Part shown: positions 1-14,700 of the stretch, in pieces
Position numbering within the stretch: position 1 is the stretch's first letter
Layout of the letters: each line of letters begins with the position of its first letter
DNA from: Ascidiella aspersa
Taxonomy: Eukaryota
Direction of reading: 5' to 3'
Length of the DNA: 64,000 bases
Assembly (NCBI GenBank): GCA_963924565.1
Contig: OZ004612.1
Coordinates: 2,728,001 to 2,792,000, forward strand
The notes under the pieces: generated by a model
Told to the model about the DNA's origin: nothing
The model's database searches: none
Seen by the model: only the letters and a program-made list of their open reading frames with translations
Program-made: the position numbers and the translations under genes

Positions 1-26
1 AAGCGTGTGAGCTATTTGCGGAAAGC

Positions 27-45
27 TGGGGGGGGGGGGGGGGGG
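27..45. repeat. Poly-G homopolymer
   Basis: Run of about 19 G. Confidence 0.9.
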
Positions 46-2610
46 TTAGGGGGCTAAAAATGCACCCCCGGAATCAGGTTACCCTTCTGTTATTATTTCG
101 TTCCTTGACCCCCAATTGACCCGCGAAGAGCTCTCCTAGCTCACCTGGATTTTTCGTTTTTTTTCGCCCCGAAAATCGCTTCGAGCCATTTGCGGATCCG
201 GGGTCGTGACCCCTACTCGTCATGCCCCACTGCGCAGACTGTCGTTATGGAAACGGCGGTTAAAAATAAGTAGCGAAACCGTGAAGTCACATGTTTTAAT
301 CGAGATCATTTTTGCGATGTTTTTGTGATGTTTTGGCCACAGCTTTACGAAATTGAGGAAACGTTCGTCGTTGAAAATGATTTTTGAAAGCAACATTTAA
401 AGCGCAGATCTTTCGTTTTTGCTTACATCTATTTTTTTTTGAATTTCCTTAATATTCTAGTTCTATTTTTAAGTTCGCTATTAGTTTACCCGCATTAACA
501 CACCGAAATACTTCCTAAGCATTCAGGAAACTTCATGAACCCAAAAGGTGAATAGTTTAGCTTGGTCGCCTCAAGGTTGCGAGGCCTTGACCTTATCACA
601 GGTCGGACAATGAGCGCCATTATTCGTCACAAACGACCGCCAAAAGCGGATATGACGCCGAACCTTTGTACTTTGTCCCCGCCATCGGTTGCCTTAGCAA
701 CGGAGAGGAAAAACTTGTCCAAACTTTGCGAAAGTATGCTCTCGTGTTGTGTTTATGCGGTTGTCGTTAGGCCACGAACACATGCGATTCGGGCCGGGTT
801 TAAAGGCCCACTTAAACTGGGCCGGCTCCTATTTTTGGCCTAATTCAAACCCCCAGCAATCATGGAATTGAGACGAAAAAATTGAGTGAAATAAGCGAGT
901 TTAGGAATCAAACACTTTAAAACGTAAGTAAAACTTCGGTAGAATATTATTATTAGGATTAGTTAAATATAATTGAGGCGAAATTGACAGATTTAGAGTG
1001 AAATTAACTAAAAGTTTTTGAAATAAGCATAATTTAGGTTAAATTAAACAGGATTGGAGACAAAATTAACCCAAATCGTAAAGATTACCAGATTTAAAGG
1101 CAAAAACTTCAAGTTTTGAAACCAAGGCTGCAAAAAAGTTGTGCCCCGCTAAAACTCCGCTATCAAAGTGTCCATGTGAAAGCGGGCCAAGTACAGGGGT
1201 GCTTTAAGTCGTACAGAGGCGTCGATAAGTGTCGTGAGAATGTCGGGAATCCATGAGACTCGAGTGGCAAGTTAACTCGTTCAAGCACCAAAAGCCAGGC
1301 TCCGTGTCGCTAATTTCATCCGGACACAACCCGGCCTTACCAGGGCGACGACAAGTTGCACCCGTGCGCCCTAATCACCCTCAAGACCCTGCCAAGGGCA
1401 CTCTCGGCATACGTCACGCGTAATGACGTCATCATTCGGCGGGCGCTGAAATTGAAAAAGTTTTCGAGCGCTTTATGGAAAAAGACCAGAAAATGCGATT
1501 TTTTTTCGGGATTTAAAAAGCGGTCTGCCAATATATAACCACCTATTGCTGACACAAAGCAATTGATTTTCACGAAAAAAGAATATCACAAATATTTCCA
1601 TTTGCAACAGAATTTGTTTTGAGTTATTTTTGTGACTTTACTTTATCTACTACCAGTTTGAAATTTTGAAAGCGACGGCCCTCTTTTCTGAATTGTTAAA
1701 CTTTTGAACACGGTTTTATAACTACTAACTTTTACAGGCGTCCTTCGTTTATATGGGTGGAAAAATGAAAAATCCAATAAAACTTTGCATAAAATATGAA
1801 TTTCAATAAAAGTGATCGAGTGCATGATTGAAATGTTGAAAAAAGAACAAAAAATCAGGCCAACAAACTATCAGCCTGGTCCCTTTTGAAGTAGCATAGG
1901 CGGCGTGTAAACTTTGTCGTCAAGTATTTAGTATAGTGGGGAGAAACAGTGGTGAGTTTGTTTTGTCCTGGCGCCTTCAACAAGCACTTGTTAGGATGAC
2001 GAGGCGCGCCAGACTGTGGGACCGGTGCTGGGATTGCAGATTATCCTGTTTACGTTTGCCCTGGACCTGACTCACAACCTGGGACTATTATTGGCCCGGT
2101 TACACGGCAACCCACCCCCTTGACAAGTTACCATACCCTTTTTTCTATTCCCAGACCACTTTTTTTGTTTAGGTTTTGCATCCCTTCTAAGGAAATCACG
2201 CTATTGTTTATATGTAGATATGCATTCTCAATACTGAAACATACATATGCACAATGTGTGAGCCCCTCCGAAGGCATCTTGTTTGCATTCTGAATATTTT
2301 AACTTCATGTCGCGAACGTTTTTCGCATTGGTTTTTTCGAACTTCAACGTGTTAAAATAAACCGTTTCTGCCTTTTGTGCTTAGTAAGAAAAAAATGAAG
2401 GCAATAAATAATGTCTGTAATATAAACACCTTTTCGGCTAGTTTTCCATCAATTTTGGTTTTATTTTATATAGCGAAAACTTAAACTTGAGATCAATGCA
2501 AATTTTCTTTTTTTAACCTTTGTGGTGCTTTTGGTTGTAATGCGTAATGTGCTTGACCTTTCTTCTTCCACGTGCAAAACTTTTGACCTTGACTTGACCT
2601 TGTCTTGCAG

Positions 2611-2724
2611 ATATCGACGACTGTGCATCAGCACCTTGCGCTCACGGAGGTCGCTGTAGCGATTTGGTGAACGGGTTCTCGTGTGAGTGTCCCAGCCACT
2701 GGGAAGGCGCCACGTGTCAACTCG
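2611..2724 (+). CDS. jag1: Jagged exon, EGF5 ([38 protein letters not shown])
   Basis: ttgcag|AT...CTCG|gtgagt; 114 nt, phase 1-1; 6-Cys EGF. Confidence 0.95.
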
Positions 2725-5700
2725 GTGAGTTAATAACATTTTTACTCTTGTTAGTAATTTTATTTTGAAATTGGATTTTTTGCTGGTTTTGTTTCGCTTT
2801 TTTTGCGGGTGCTGTGGAAGTTTATTCAGATTGTCTTTAAATATCCTGTATATCTTTGAAAATCCCAAAATTACGATTCTTTAGTTGCTTTGTTTGGCAT
2901 TTTAGCTTTTTTTTGTGAAATTAGCCAGTTTTAATGACCACAAGTAAATTAATAGTTTATTTTTATTTTTTGAAGTGTCTTATTTTTACTAAGATTCCTC
3001 AATCGTCTTATAACTTTAGCTTGCTTAATGAATATATGATTATGTTGTGGTTTTGTCACTTTTTGCGATTTGCTGTGAAAATAATGAGTGTTAATAACAA
3101 TGAGAATTGGGATGTTGAACAACTTTAGTTTTTAAAGTGGTATTTTATCAGAATGTTTTTACTGTGTGTGATTACAGCTTGTTTTAAAAATCACCAGTTG
3201 GTCGATTAATTAACGTTTATGTTTGCTGGTTGCCATGGTAGCACGGCGTCTAATGTGTCGCTGGGAAAAATCGAAATTTGAGCAGAATGTTTTCGAGATG
3301 TGATGTTAATCAGACAGCAAAGTGTCTCAAAAGCGCGTCTGCTGTCCCTGGGAATCGCGTCAAGCATGTTCACAATATCTGTGAGAGTTTTCCGGCGTGA
3401 ACTTTAGTCTATTTATAAACACGATAATGCTCAGAGCCCTTCCTAGTTCTCACGTTGCTCATAAAGTGAGCGTGTGTATATATATGTGTATATCTGTGTG
3501 TGTGTGTTTGTCGTCGCCTACAAGGACACCAATAAGGGCCATTTATAGGGAGACATTTGGAAATTTCCTTTCACACATATAAAATCGTCATGTTTAAGCT
3601 ATCGTAAACCTCAGTTAAAAAGTAGTCTTACATTTTTAGTTTTTTGTCCCATTTTTTGTCAAAACTTGCTCATTTTTTACCTCCACGTTTTCCAAATACC
3701 CCTTAAACAAGTCAGGAAAGGATCCCCACGAACAGGTTGACTTTCTCGGGGGGATTATATGAATCGCCCAGATATGACACACGATTGCTGGCCGATGGCG
3801 CCAATCAACGTTACAAGTGTCATTAAAGTGCGCATCTCAAGACTAGACTGGACAGTACTCTGGACAATCCGGCGCATATCAAAGCCCAAAGCTCGCTCCT
3901 TCACCAAAGCGAGAGTTTGCATTTCGGATCGCGCTAGCTCGCTGAAAGGGGGCTTCCCCTCGGCGGCGACCCGTGAGAAAGTAGCCCTACCGGTTTAAGT
4001 CGGATTCGAACCTGAGCTCGGTGAATTAAAAGCGAAACCACCCACGCGGTCGCGAACTTTGGCCGCGCAAGTTAAGCTGGCCACCCCTTGGTCCACTTTA
4101 AGGGTCCGATGGCTGCTTCGGACACCAATTTTGCCTTTTTTTCAGGCTTTTGCAAAAGTTTGCATACCGCCGTCAGGTTATATCGCCCTGACTCTATGGG
4201 CTCAAATTGACCTCATTTTTACGTACGTTTTTAGGTGTTTTAGTAGGCTGGTTTGAATTTTTTTTTTTCAAAATTTATCCTCATCGAGTTTATATTTTTC
4301 ACTGATATTTAGTTCGTGTTTAATATAGTTCGCTTATCGCCTTCTGGTGAATTACAAATGAGAAAATTCTCAGTAGACTCATATTTGCCTATAAAGGCTG
4401 ATTAAAATGAAAGCTGTAAAAGTTATGCCTTCATCTAATCTTTGAGAATTGATAAAAATTTTGCAATTTAAACCAACTGTGATTGATTTGATGCACTAAA
4501 CTAGTGTTTCGTTCTGCTAATTTCCAAATTAAACGTCACCTTTATAAAAAAGTTCGTCGAATAGGATGCTGAAATAAAAGTGTCCATAGTGCCTGCGTAA
4601 AGCCATTAAATCAGTCGATCTATCCCCGTTTTAGTTTCTCCCGACGCTAAAGAGTTAACCCAATGCAAAACCATAGCTTAGTATAACGAGACCGCTAATT
4701 GGTGTGCTGGGGTGTGGTGGGTAATCGATTATAGCTTGCCGTTGATTAGATTTAAGGCTTTCGCTTTTTCGCTTTCGGTTATTGATCTTTTAATTTCGCG
4801 GCTGGTTTGGGTTGTAATTGATTGCGTGGGGTAAACAGTTTTTCGACCCCTTAAAAATCACGCCCCCTTTTTGTTTGGGGATTCCCCATTGCGCATATCC
4901 GAAAGTTTGAAATCCGAGACTCAAGTATGTCGTCTGCCTTTCCGTATCAAAGCAGCGTTTCTATTTTAAAGTTTACATGGAAAAAGTCACAACCTGTATT
5001 CGAAGTTGGTTCTCAAGAAATTAAAAAATATATTGGTCCAATTGTTACTCGGTAGACGGTAGTTATACAAACTTTTAACTGAAAGCAGACAAAAAAGACT
5101 CCTTTTGCTTAAAAACTAGAAAAAAACAGTAAAATATTTACTACAGTGTTCAATACTAAAAACTATTGATTGTACCCACGCATTCTAACACTATACTTAA
5201 AAGATGTTCCGCGGGCCCCACAATTTACCAACCCCGGTTTAAAAACAACTGTTTTCAACTAAACGCATAAATAAAATACGTGGTCGCGTTAACGATTTTA
5301 AACGCTCTTTAAACCTTTGAAGTCCTAATAGTTGTTGTGTAAACGTTCCATCGAAAGCACGGCCAGTTGTTTACATAAGAGCTTGAAAGTGGTGTGGGGG
5401 TCAGCATAAGCATGCCAGCATCCTACAGCACGAGTGCCCTGTATCCTGCCCCCACCATTACCCCCTAACCCCCACCCCCGTGTGTTCGCTTGTCCAGCGC
5501 TAAGGAGTCATTTCCCGTCAGTATTCGAGCGTGGGAACCGTCTAATCGCTGTTGCTCGTGGCCTTGTATCGCCCTTGTGTCGCGCCGCTAATGGTTGTCG
5601 CCCGGGTCAAAACCAACCGCCAAGTGCCCTTAGCAAACGCTTACCTGACACGCTAATGATAACTCTGATTGTTGATTGCTTGTTGATCGAGCCAAGACTC

Positions 5701-8700
5701 CGATTTGCGTGTGTGCTTTTTGGCGCAATGCAAACAACACCAAAAGGCCAGTGTGGCCTATTTTTGTCGTCCTGCTGCAATTTTGGGGGTATTTTGCAGA
5801 ATAGCGAATGTAATATATAAAAAGATTTAAATAAATTTTCTGTAGGAGCTTTGATTCGGTTGACTCTGATACAAAATTTACATTTTGACATTGTTACATA
5901 ATATTGCTGTGTTTTTTTAAGAATGTTGTGTCTTTTTTTAAGAAATTAGACATTAAAACCTTGTTGTAATTAACTCTGAACTAAATATTATCGATCTAAC
6001 ATAAGATTTATATATTTCTTGCGCTTCATCGGGCTTTTGTAGATTAGGACTCAACAAGTTGTTCACAGGAATGTTTTGTGCAGACATTTAGAATGTAATT
6101 GACTCTGACACAAAACGCTCGTTTTTGTTCAAAATTGTGCGTCGGTCGAACTAAGACCCAGAAGTCTTTGTAATTGTGTTTGCATCTTCAACTTTACGCG
6201 AACTTCAGACGAAATTCCACCAGCATAAGATAGTTTCGAAAACAGAGTTAAAGTGTTTTTTTTCGTGGAGCAATTCACGTCCGGATTCCGATTTCACCAG
6301 ATTCCGCCGTCTTTCTATTGTCCCCTCGTCTTCAGCGTAACATCCAATCGATTAGGCTGAAAACACAGACGAGAAGCAACACCGAGTCTTTTTACCAAGG
6401 GGTTAGTTTCCCATGGGGTCCTCGAAAGCCCCCCAAACGTCCCCGTCAAGCAAAGGGGTTTAGATCTCTTAATCTGGGTCTAAAACCACCATTGCCGAAC
6501 AAAATCTACCCCCATTGTCCCAAAATGGGGTCGTCTGTTGTCCCTACGCACTCTCCCTGTATTATATTCCACCCCTGAAGGACTTGGACCGCAAGAAAAA
6601 CGCTGAAAACGTTTTATATGGGGTTTTAATGCAACCGTTTTAATTGCGAATGGGTTGGCGCCAGTTGCAACACAGCATCGCCGCTTCGTGGATCGATTTC
6701 CGTCGCTTTCCAAGCGCCACAGAAACTGCTAAGTAACCCGCTCCACTCTCACAAAAGAAAAGCGAAAAACTCCCACTCTTCCACCACTGGAGATATTACT
6801 CGTTCGAAACTCGAGACCCACCGCGGAATGTTTTTGTGCGGATTGGCGACCGGAAAAAGCGTCGGGCGCGATTTTTGGACGAAAACCGCCGCAAATTGAT
6901 CGACGCTCTCTGGCACGAAATGGCCTTTTGTGCGATCGGGGTTCGTCAATTTGGACGCTAACTGACAGGCCACAATAGGCGGCCAACACTCTCATATCTT
7001 CTTGCACAAATTTGTTGACGCGTTGCTGCAGATTGTACAATGACGACATAATGAAATGCATTTTCGAGCCGATGTTGTGTTACTTACAATAAGTCTATTT
7101 ATTTAAAGTTTAAAATCTGTAACAAAAATGTAATTTCTAACCGATTTTGTATAATTATCTTGTAGTTTGAAATCGGTGTTCGTTAAGCTTAAGTTATTTT
7201 GTATTCAGAGGCGGTGTTTATTACATTACTTAATGTTTAAAATCAGATTCAAATTAGGCAGAAATTTTACGTCAAATCAGATTTCTTTCAACGGTAAAAA
7301 AATCTTACTGAATTCAATCAGAGCAGTACATTTAATTGCCTTGTTAATTGGAAAGCAAATCGATCACAAAGTACGACTTAAAAGAATAGGACACGAGGTC
7401 AAAACATGCGTGGTTGTACACATCACCATACGATCAACTCAACGCATCTAATCAGCGCCAGGCACAACTTTGCTTATTGTCGGTTATTGGCCGCAAATGG
7501 CGGTGTTTCGATGCAAGCGTGCTGATGTAATGGGCGGCTTAGCGCACACGGCTTGTAATTGTCCGTGTGTGCACGCAGTTATTACACAGGCTGGTTATTA
7601 GATACTCGCTATGTACGTTGATGCCAATAGCTTCGCTCTGCTTACCGGAAACCGAGCTATACTTCAAGTGTGCTGGAAACGTCGTCTGACCTCTCGTAAT
7701 ATCACAAACCGCACACGCTTATTTCGTGCGCTTCTGTAACAAGATAGTAATAACGAGAATGAATATTAAATATGCTGTTGCTATTCGACATAGTTTACTA
7801 AAAAGAAGCTCGCCCGGCACTTACTTGTTCTCTTCAAAGTTTCAGCTGCTTATAGTTTTCGGCTACCTATAGAAATTAATAAGTAACAAAATTACGTTTT
7901 TTCGAAAAAAAATCAATGTTTAAAGTCCTTTTTTAATGTATGAAGCATTATTTTTGCAATATTAACCCCAAACGAGTAATTGATTCCGTGCTAAATTAAC
8001 TGATTATGATAGAGTGTTACAAACCAGCCATAAAGCTAAACGATTATAAAAAAAACGACTATAAAAAATATCTCTAGATCCAAGCTTATAAGGTTTACCG
8101 CCTGATGGGTTATTATATGAAACCCCTAAATTAGTTCCTTTCTACCGTGTGAAGATACCCGACTATGTTTATTAGGTGAAAAAACGCACTAATTAAAGCG
8201 GATATAGTGTTTCAATGTGTATCCCCTTAACCATTGCGATGTATTAAACCCACAAACAAACGATTTATTGTCGCCGTTTCAAAAAGCCCGGTTGAACAAC
8301 GACAGCTGCTGTGTTTCCGAATGCCAAGTGACTTTGGGCCACAACAAAACCTTATTTGCGTGTAGCGAGGCGTAGAGCCAAGCACGATGTATGCTTTTAA
8401 GCACAGCCGCAGTTCTTAGCGGACAGAGGCTACACAAACACATTGTTTCGCCAACAATCTAACAACTCGTCTACAAGCGGCCCAGTGTTCCCACCATAGC
8501 AGCCCCGTGAGAAGCGATTGGGCGTCGAATCTCGTTGTTAACTCGTCGTCACAACAATACAAAGCCGGTTCACACCGCCCCATTTCAAAGCAACATGTTT
8601 ACGAAACGTTTAAAGCCATTCTTTTCGCGTCTTTTCGAGATGTAAAATATTTTTTTACGCGTGTTAAAATCGCCCTAAATTCAAAGCGTTTAAGCTGTGT

Positions 8701-11700
8701 CGTTGGTTGTTTTAAATATTTCCCATTTGAACGATTTTTAGCGTTTTTTTTTTCAACTTCGGCCGCCTTTTTCCCATCTAAGTGCGAAATCAGCGAGAAA
8801 CATTGCTCTGAAAAAAGCAGCACGCCTTGCTAAATAGTTCCATCAATGTTGTTACCACCAATTGAGTCGATTTATTTTGTAATTGGCATGTGAACTGGCT
8901 CTAACAAACCATAACAACAAGAGTTACATTAGGATGTTTAGCTACAAACAATATACTCGCTAATTCACAAGCACTTAGCGGTTGATATGTTGTTTCTGCT
9001 TGCATACAAGACACAAGTCAAACCAGTTTGCGTTGCCCAACCACAAACTGATATTCATCAAACAAGTTTAGTATAAAGATAAACTCTTTAGCGATTATAC
9101 AACACCTTGGGAAACTGATCAAGCCTGAGGGTTTGGGTGTTGGACAGATCACACTGCAGCCTGCGGTTTTCCCACAGTTAAAGTCTCACTTAGCGCGATT
9201 TCTTGCCCATCTAAGGCACTTTGCGCTTTCGTATTTATCCAAATCACTCAGTTACGGCGCCGCGTTGCGTGGAATCCAGCAACACGAGCACTTTATCAAG
9301 TGGTTTGGGTCAAGTTTAAGGTTATAGTGCTCAACCTGGCACTGATACACTTCTGCTTGCATATTTCGGTTATAACGGCAAATTTTGCCCAATTTAAAGC
9401 ATCAAAATTCTTATTTCTAAACTCATTTAGTTGCTTTTCCATTTTTTAAAAAGATAGTGTTTTTTTAAACAGTAATTTATTGTGACATTTAAAGCCGTGC
9501 GAATGCCGCCTGGATAGATATTGTGGGACACATTGGTTGAAAAAGAGAGCAGAAGACGTCACAGAAAGCGATGTTAACTTTACGGATAATTAAGCCTTTC
9601 TTCCTTATCTAACCATCACTGAACCTTCGGTTGGGGTTACCACTCTTAGAAGGTCGGATACTTTATCACCATGGGAGTTTGTGCTTTGCTACTTAATCCG
9701 ACGATCGCTGAACTAATGATTTTTCAAGTGGATCTGTAAAATAACCTAAACACTCTGCATTTGACCTGAAATTTAATGCATTAAACGCTTTCTATTGTTA
9801 GTAAAGTTTGAGTTTTCATCTCAATCTGAAATCGAGAGTCGAAACCTGGCCTTAGCCTCTTAAAACGACAAAAAGGATTTTTGCTTGTGTGTGTTCACAT
9901 AACGCAACCTTGATGCGACGCCGCGGCACGAAATACCTCAAACACGTCATAAGCTCTTAATTAGTTGGGAAATTGGAGAATCTGCAAATTCATCAAGAAA
10001 GCGTCTACTTCAATTCAAGTTTGAAATCGCTCGAAATCAGAAAGCGACAAAAAACCTTTCCCAGTGTAAATGACTGTTCTAAATTATCTGAACGTTTACA
10101 TATTGTCTCACCAAGGTACGACAAATGTCCTGAAAAATTATTTTTCTTTCATTTTTATCCATCTGGGAAAAAATAAGTCGGCTACCCTTGAGTTAACTGG
10201 GTATAAGAAATAGCATTAAAATTGGGCTGGACGGTTTTGCTAAGTGGCCATAAAAAATATTTTTCATTTTTGAGTTTATACCCACCAACGTTGAAATCTA
10301 ATGCGTCGATTTAAGTCTAAAACAGCCCAAGGGTTACTTATTCAAGGCCATGACGATAATAGCACAAAATTATCCGCAAACTGGCCTTTCAATTCACCGC
10401 AGACCAACGACAGATATGTTGCTCGTCAAGTTTAACGCCAACCGACATTGGTCGTCAATCTTACGACTGTCAAGCGCCTGTCGCCATAGCAACCAGGCCT
10501 GGCCTGACCCCGGTTCCTTGAAGGCCTGGCTTGTTCCCACGTTCCTTACCACGCTCAAACCCTTCTGGCACCGAACTGCAACAGATGGTTTGCAATGAAG
10601 CACTTAACGTTGCCCTTGCTTTGAATTTTTATTCGGACCTATTGTTAGTTTTGTAGAAAAGCGGTTGTTATTTACGTTTTTACAGTTGTAAAATGTTGAT
10701 CTTCGGTTTTCTTGTTATAACAAAATATTTTTTTTTTGCAAAGTTTATCAGTTGTTAACCATTTGTTTCAGATGAATTCGGCAATAATCCCATAATATCT
10801 GATTTTACCAAGTTTTACGATTTACTTTTTTACAGTTGTTCTTAACCAGTTGTTATAACTTTTACCATCTTTACCAGCCATGTGCATATTTTCAAGCATT
10901 TTCAACAGCCATGTGCTTATTTCTGTCCATTATTTCAGTTCTGCTTCAATTTTCACACACTTTCTTTATTTTCTGCAGACAAGAACGAATGCGAGCAGAG
11001 TCCCTGTGTTCACGCCCGAAACTGTCACAACATGCCGGGAAAATACCACTGTGTGTGCGAACCCGGCTGGGGAGGAACCAACTGCGATATCAGTGAGTTA
11101 TTATTCTTTATCACTTCAAAAAACAGTCTAAAGTTGGTAAAAACTGAAAGAATTAAACGATATGCGTTGCTTTGTTTGTTTCTTCAACTTAGTTCTACAA
11201 TCTGCAGCCATTGTGGCGTTAATAATGCCCATTGTTATAATGGAACGTTCACACAATGTAACTTACTTTTGTATTAGGCTTATGGTAATTCGTTTAACTC
11301 CAAGCTTAAAATCCAGTAAAACCGGTTATTTTTTTGCAGATGTCGACGACTGTGTCGGACAATGCAGGAACGGGGCAACTTGCCTGGTAAGTTTTGCAAA
11401 ATTTAAGCTATTTACATGCTTTAAAAGCTCTTTTTAAAACACTTCTGTGCATTTTTGAATTTCGTGGAGACTGTCGCTTCGTAGAACAGTCGACCTAGCA
11501 TATTTTCAGCCCTATTGTAAAGATGTTTTGCCAACTAAGACATGCTCATTTTTCTTTTGCCTAAAGAATTGACCGTTCGCAAAATAACTGTTTTAAATAC
11601 ACTTCGAGGTAGCAACGAAACTTGCCAGTAACGCGATTTATGACGTCACAAACAGGCACAGGCCAAGCTCATTAGCCGTCAATCGCGTTCCCTAAATCCT

Positions 11701-14700
11701 GTTACGATCGTGGCCCGCTGAGTGGCCAGGCCCGACGGGGTGCTTTCCGGCCTAAACGGCCAATTCACAGGGCCTAAAAACGCAAAAATAAATGGTAAAA
11801 ATGATGTTTAAAAAGCTTAATGCGCTGAAACTGTAAATATCATTACACTTAGGGCAAATTGGGTTGTTTAGAATAAAAGTCGCTAAAATAACGGTAAAAA
11901 GAGTGCCGGCTTTTATGTTGTGGCCGTGTAAATTGGCCCATTACTTTGTCGGTCGCCTTTCTTTTGCCAAGCCGGGCACCCAACGGGTGGTTTCAGGATT
12001 GCTGGGCTTTAAGTGACATCAAAGGTCCGTGGCTCGGCAGCAGCTAGCACAACAAGACGCCGCGTCGGGCTGTGTAACCTTTTCCCTAACACCTTCATCA
12101 ACCAGCAACAGTTGGAGTTGTTACAAGCGCCATTGTGTCAAGGGAAGTCGCTTTTGTCGATCTTTCGCTCGCAACAAACTGCGATGTTGATAAACCGGCT
12201 TTCGCGCTCCTAATCGCGGCGATATTGAAATATCGGCCCTTTCACTAAACTTTACACCGCTGCGTAAAGTGTAAACGGCTTTGAAGGCCTTGTTGCCACA
12301 CCTGTACTGCGCGTCGCGCGGCACCCTCTATTACGTAACAGAACGGCGCTGCTAATGCGTTTCGAGTGGCGGTGTAGGCGCTGTAGCATTTGCAACAATC
12401 CCGGTCAAAAAGCGCTCAAGTGCCGCTTCGATGTCGCTATGGCGCCAAGCAAACTAGAAAACGACAATAAACGACCGCGCGCGCTTTCCATATTCATCCG
12501 CGGCGTCGGAATTGATGGTGGTTTTTCTCGAGTAGCGTCTTAAAAGCACCCGCCGTCATCCTTGTTGTTTCAGAATGATCGGCGTTGCTTTTATCATCCC
12601 ACAAATGGCCGAAGTTTGGATTTAAACGAGCCACTTGCCATTTTTCTGGCATTAAAATCGCTTCTAGGGTCGCCAGTTGCTTGTAATTCACGCCTTGTAA
12701 GTTGGTGAGCGATGTGACACGTTTTAAAGCACCCCTTGGTGGAAGTAAAAGTGACATGTTGTCCTTAATGTCGACCACTCGACTGGTGCCGGTAAAAAGA
12801 CGTTTTAGTATTGAATCGACGATAAGACATCGATTTTGTGCTTTTATTTTTCTTTCGCTTTTTGTTTTGTGTCAGTCATGTTTGTTGTACTCCCGGCCCC
12901 AATATGTTTCACTCTGGCGAGTTGAAATGCTTTGATGGTTGATAAGGGATTGATTTTTTGGCCACTTTCACACTCGCCACACCCCATGTATGTATACCTT
13001 TACTTGTTAGCATTTAGATGGCGGACGTGCTTACGCGATAAATCCCTACTTATTCTATTGCAAGATTGATTTGTATTTTCCTACCATAACACATTTTTCA
13101 ACTTTTAAAACTTGGCACTCCTTTTTTGTGATTTCGGGTGGTAAATATTCAATCAGAATATCCGTTTTGTCTCATGGCCTTTTTTAATATTTCAAATATC
13201 AAACATCTTTCATGCTGTCTGTAAATGTAATGATAAAGTAACATTAGGGTTTAGACAAAATGACATAGTTAACTAAACAATAAAGAAGACTTAAATGCAG
13301 TTTGAAACGCTTTAATCATTTTTGTTGTAATCGACGATACTCTTTCGTCTGGTCATTGAATATATACCCGAGTTCTCCTTCTTCAAACCACGTGACCTTA
13401 CGCTACTTGGTGTTGCAGGACTTGGTCAAAGGATACCAGTGCATTTGCGCTCCTGGCTTCAGCGGCAAGAACTGCACAATCAACATCAACGACTGTGAGG
13501 TGGACTCATGCTTGCACGGAGGCCAGTGCGTTGACCAAGTGAACGGGTTCAACTGCATCTGTCCTGTTGGATTTTCAGGCAGAATATGCGAGGTATGCAG
13601 ATTTTTATTTGTTTCGTCGTGTTTTGCCGAAAGGTAGCATTTTGATTGTTTTATTTGCGAACGAAATCAGCCTTAAAACTAAAACAAAGCAGTTAGTTTG
13701 GTTTTAAACCGAAAAATGGTCGTTTAAAGTAGTCTTGTGTGTTGGCAGTAAAAAAACGAAAATATTGATTATATATCTAAAAATAAAAAAATTAGTTATT
13801 TTCTCTTTCCAACATGGATTTAATGGAGAACACTGGCGATGATGTTAAATTAAATTTAATTTTAAGATATTTTTCTTACTGACTGCGTGGAGTTTTTATG
13901 TTTCTTATGTGTTGGTGGTACACCGAACGTTTTTCGCGTAAGGTTTTTTGGCATAAAATTGTATCGCGCTTTTAGAAAGTGGCAAGCGTTCCCTTTTGCG
14001 TCAATTTCGATTTCAATCGACAAACTTCAGCCAATAGATTCATTTTTAGCGCCAGCAACTAATCGATAAAATGTGGCAACTCACAAATTTTCGCATTTGG
14101 AGTCAAGCGCCCGGTATTTCTTGGCATTCTAGCGCCTAAATTTAGCGCATTGTTAGCGAACAGTGGCCATTGCGCCAAGTTGTGTGCCGCGAGCGTTCCA
14201 AGGCACAGAAAAGTCGACTGGTTCCCACCGGCGAGGCCCGCCCCGAAACAACAGGCTTTTGTTTGGGTCGGCGAGGTTTGGATAAAGCATCAAACGAAGT
14301 CTCGCAACTGCGACGCTTATCACCAATTCTTTCTTCCGCTTTGTTCTGGTCTTGGAAAGCCAAAGCCACTAGCCACGGCGTCGCTGCGACTTTGACGTTC
14401 ACCAGCTTTCCCCCAACATTACCTAACCCCTTTAAAACAGATGAAATTACAATTGCACAGCCAAAAAACGCTGTAAAACTTCGCTTTGTTCATATGTAAA
14501 ATCCCCGTTTTTTAATAACAAAACGCATAACAGCAAGGATTTGAATTTAAAGAATATATTAGAATGATTTTGAACTCTTGAATTTGCACTTGAACTTTCG
14601 TCAGTTCAGCTATTGTGTTGCTAAAATCATAAAGCATACATTTCTTGAATTCTTGTTAAATTCTGGTTAGACGTAAAATCAAAGCTGACACCGACATTAT

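Noticed and set aside
562-10603. Numerous 60-135 aa ORFs in the first introns and similar ones throughout
   Set aside because: They have non-ATG starts or low-complexity F/K/L-rich composition typical of translated AT-rich intron, with no domain motifs. The 2461-2868 ORF is merely antisense to an EGF exon.
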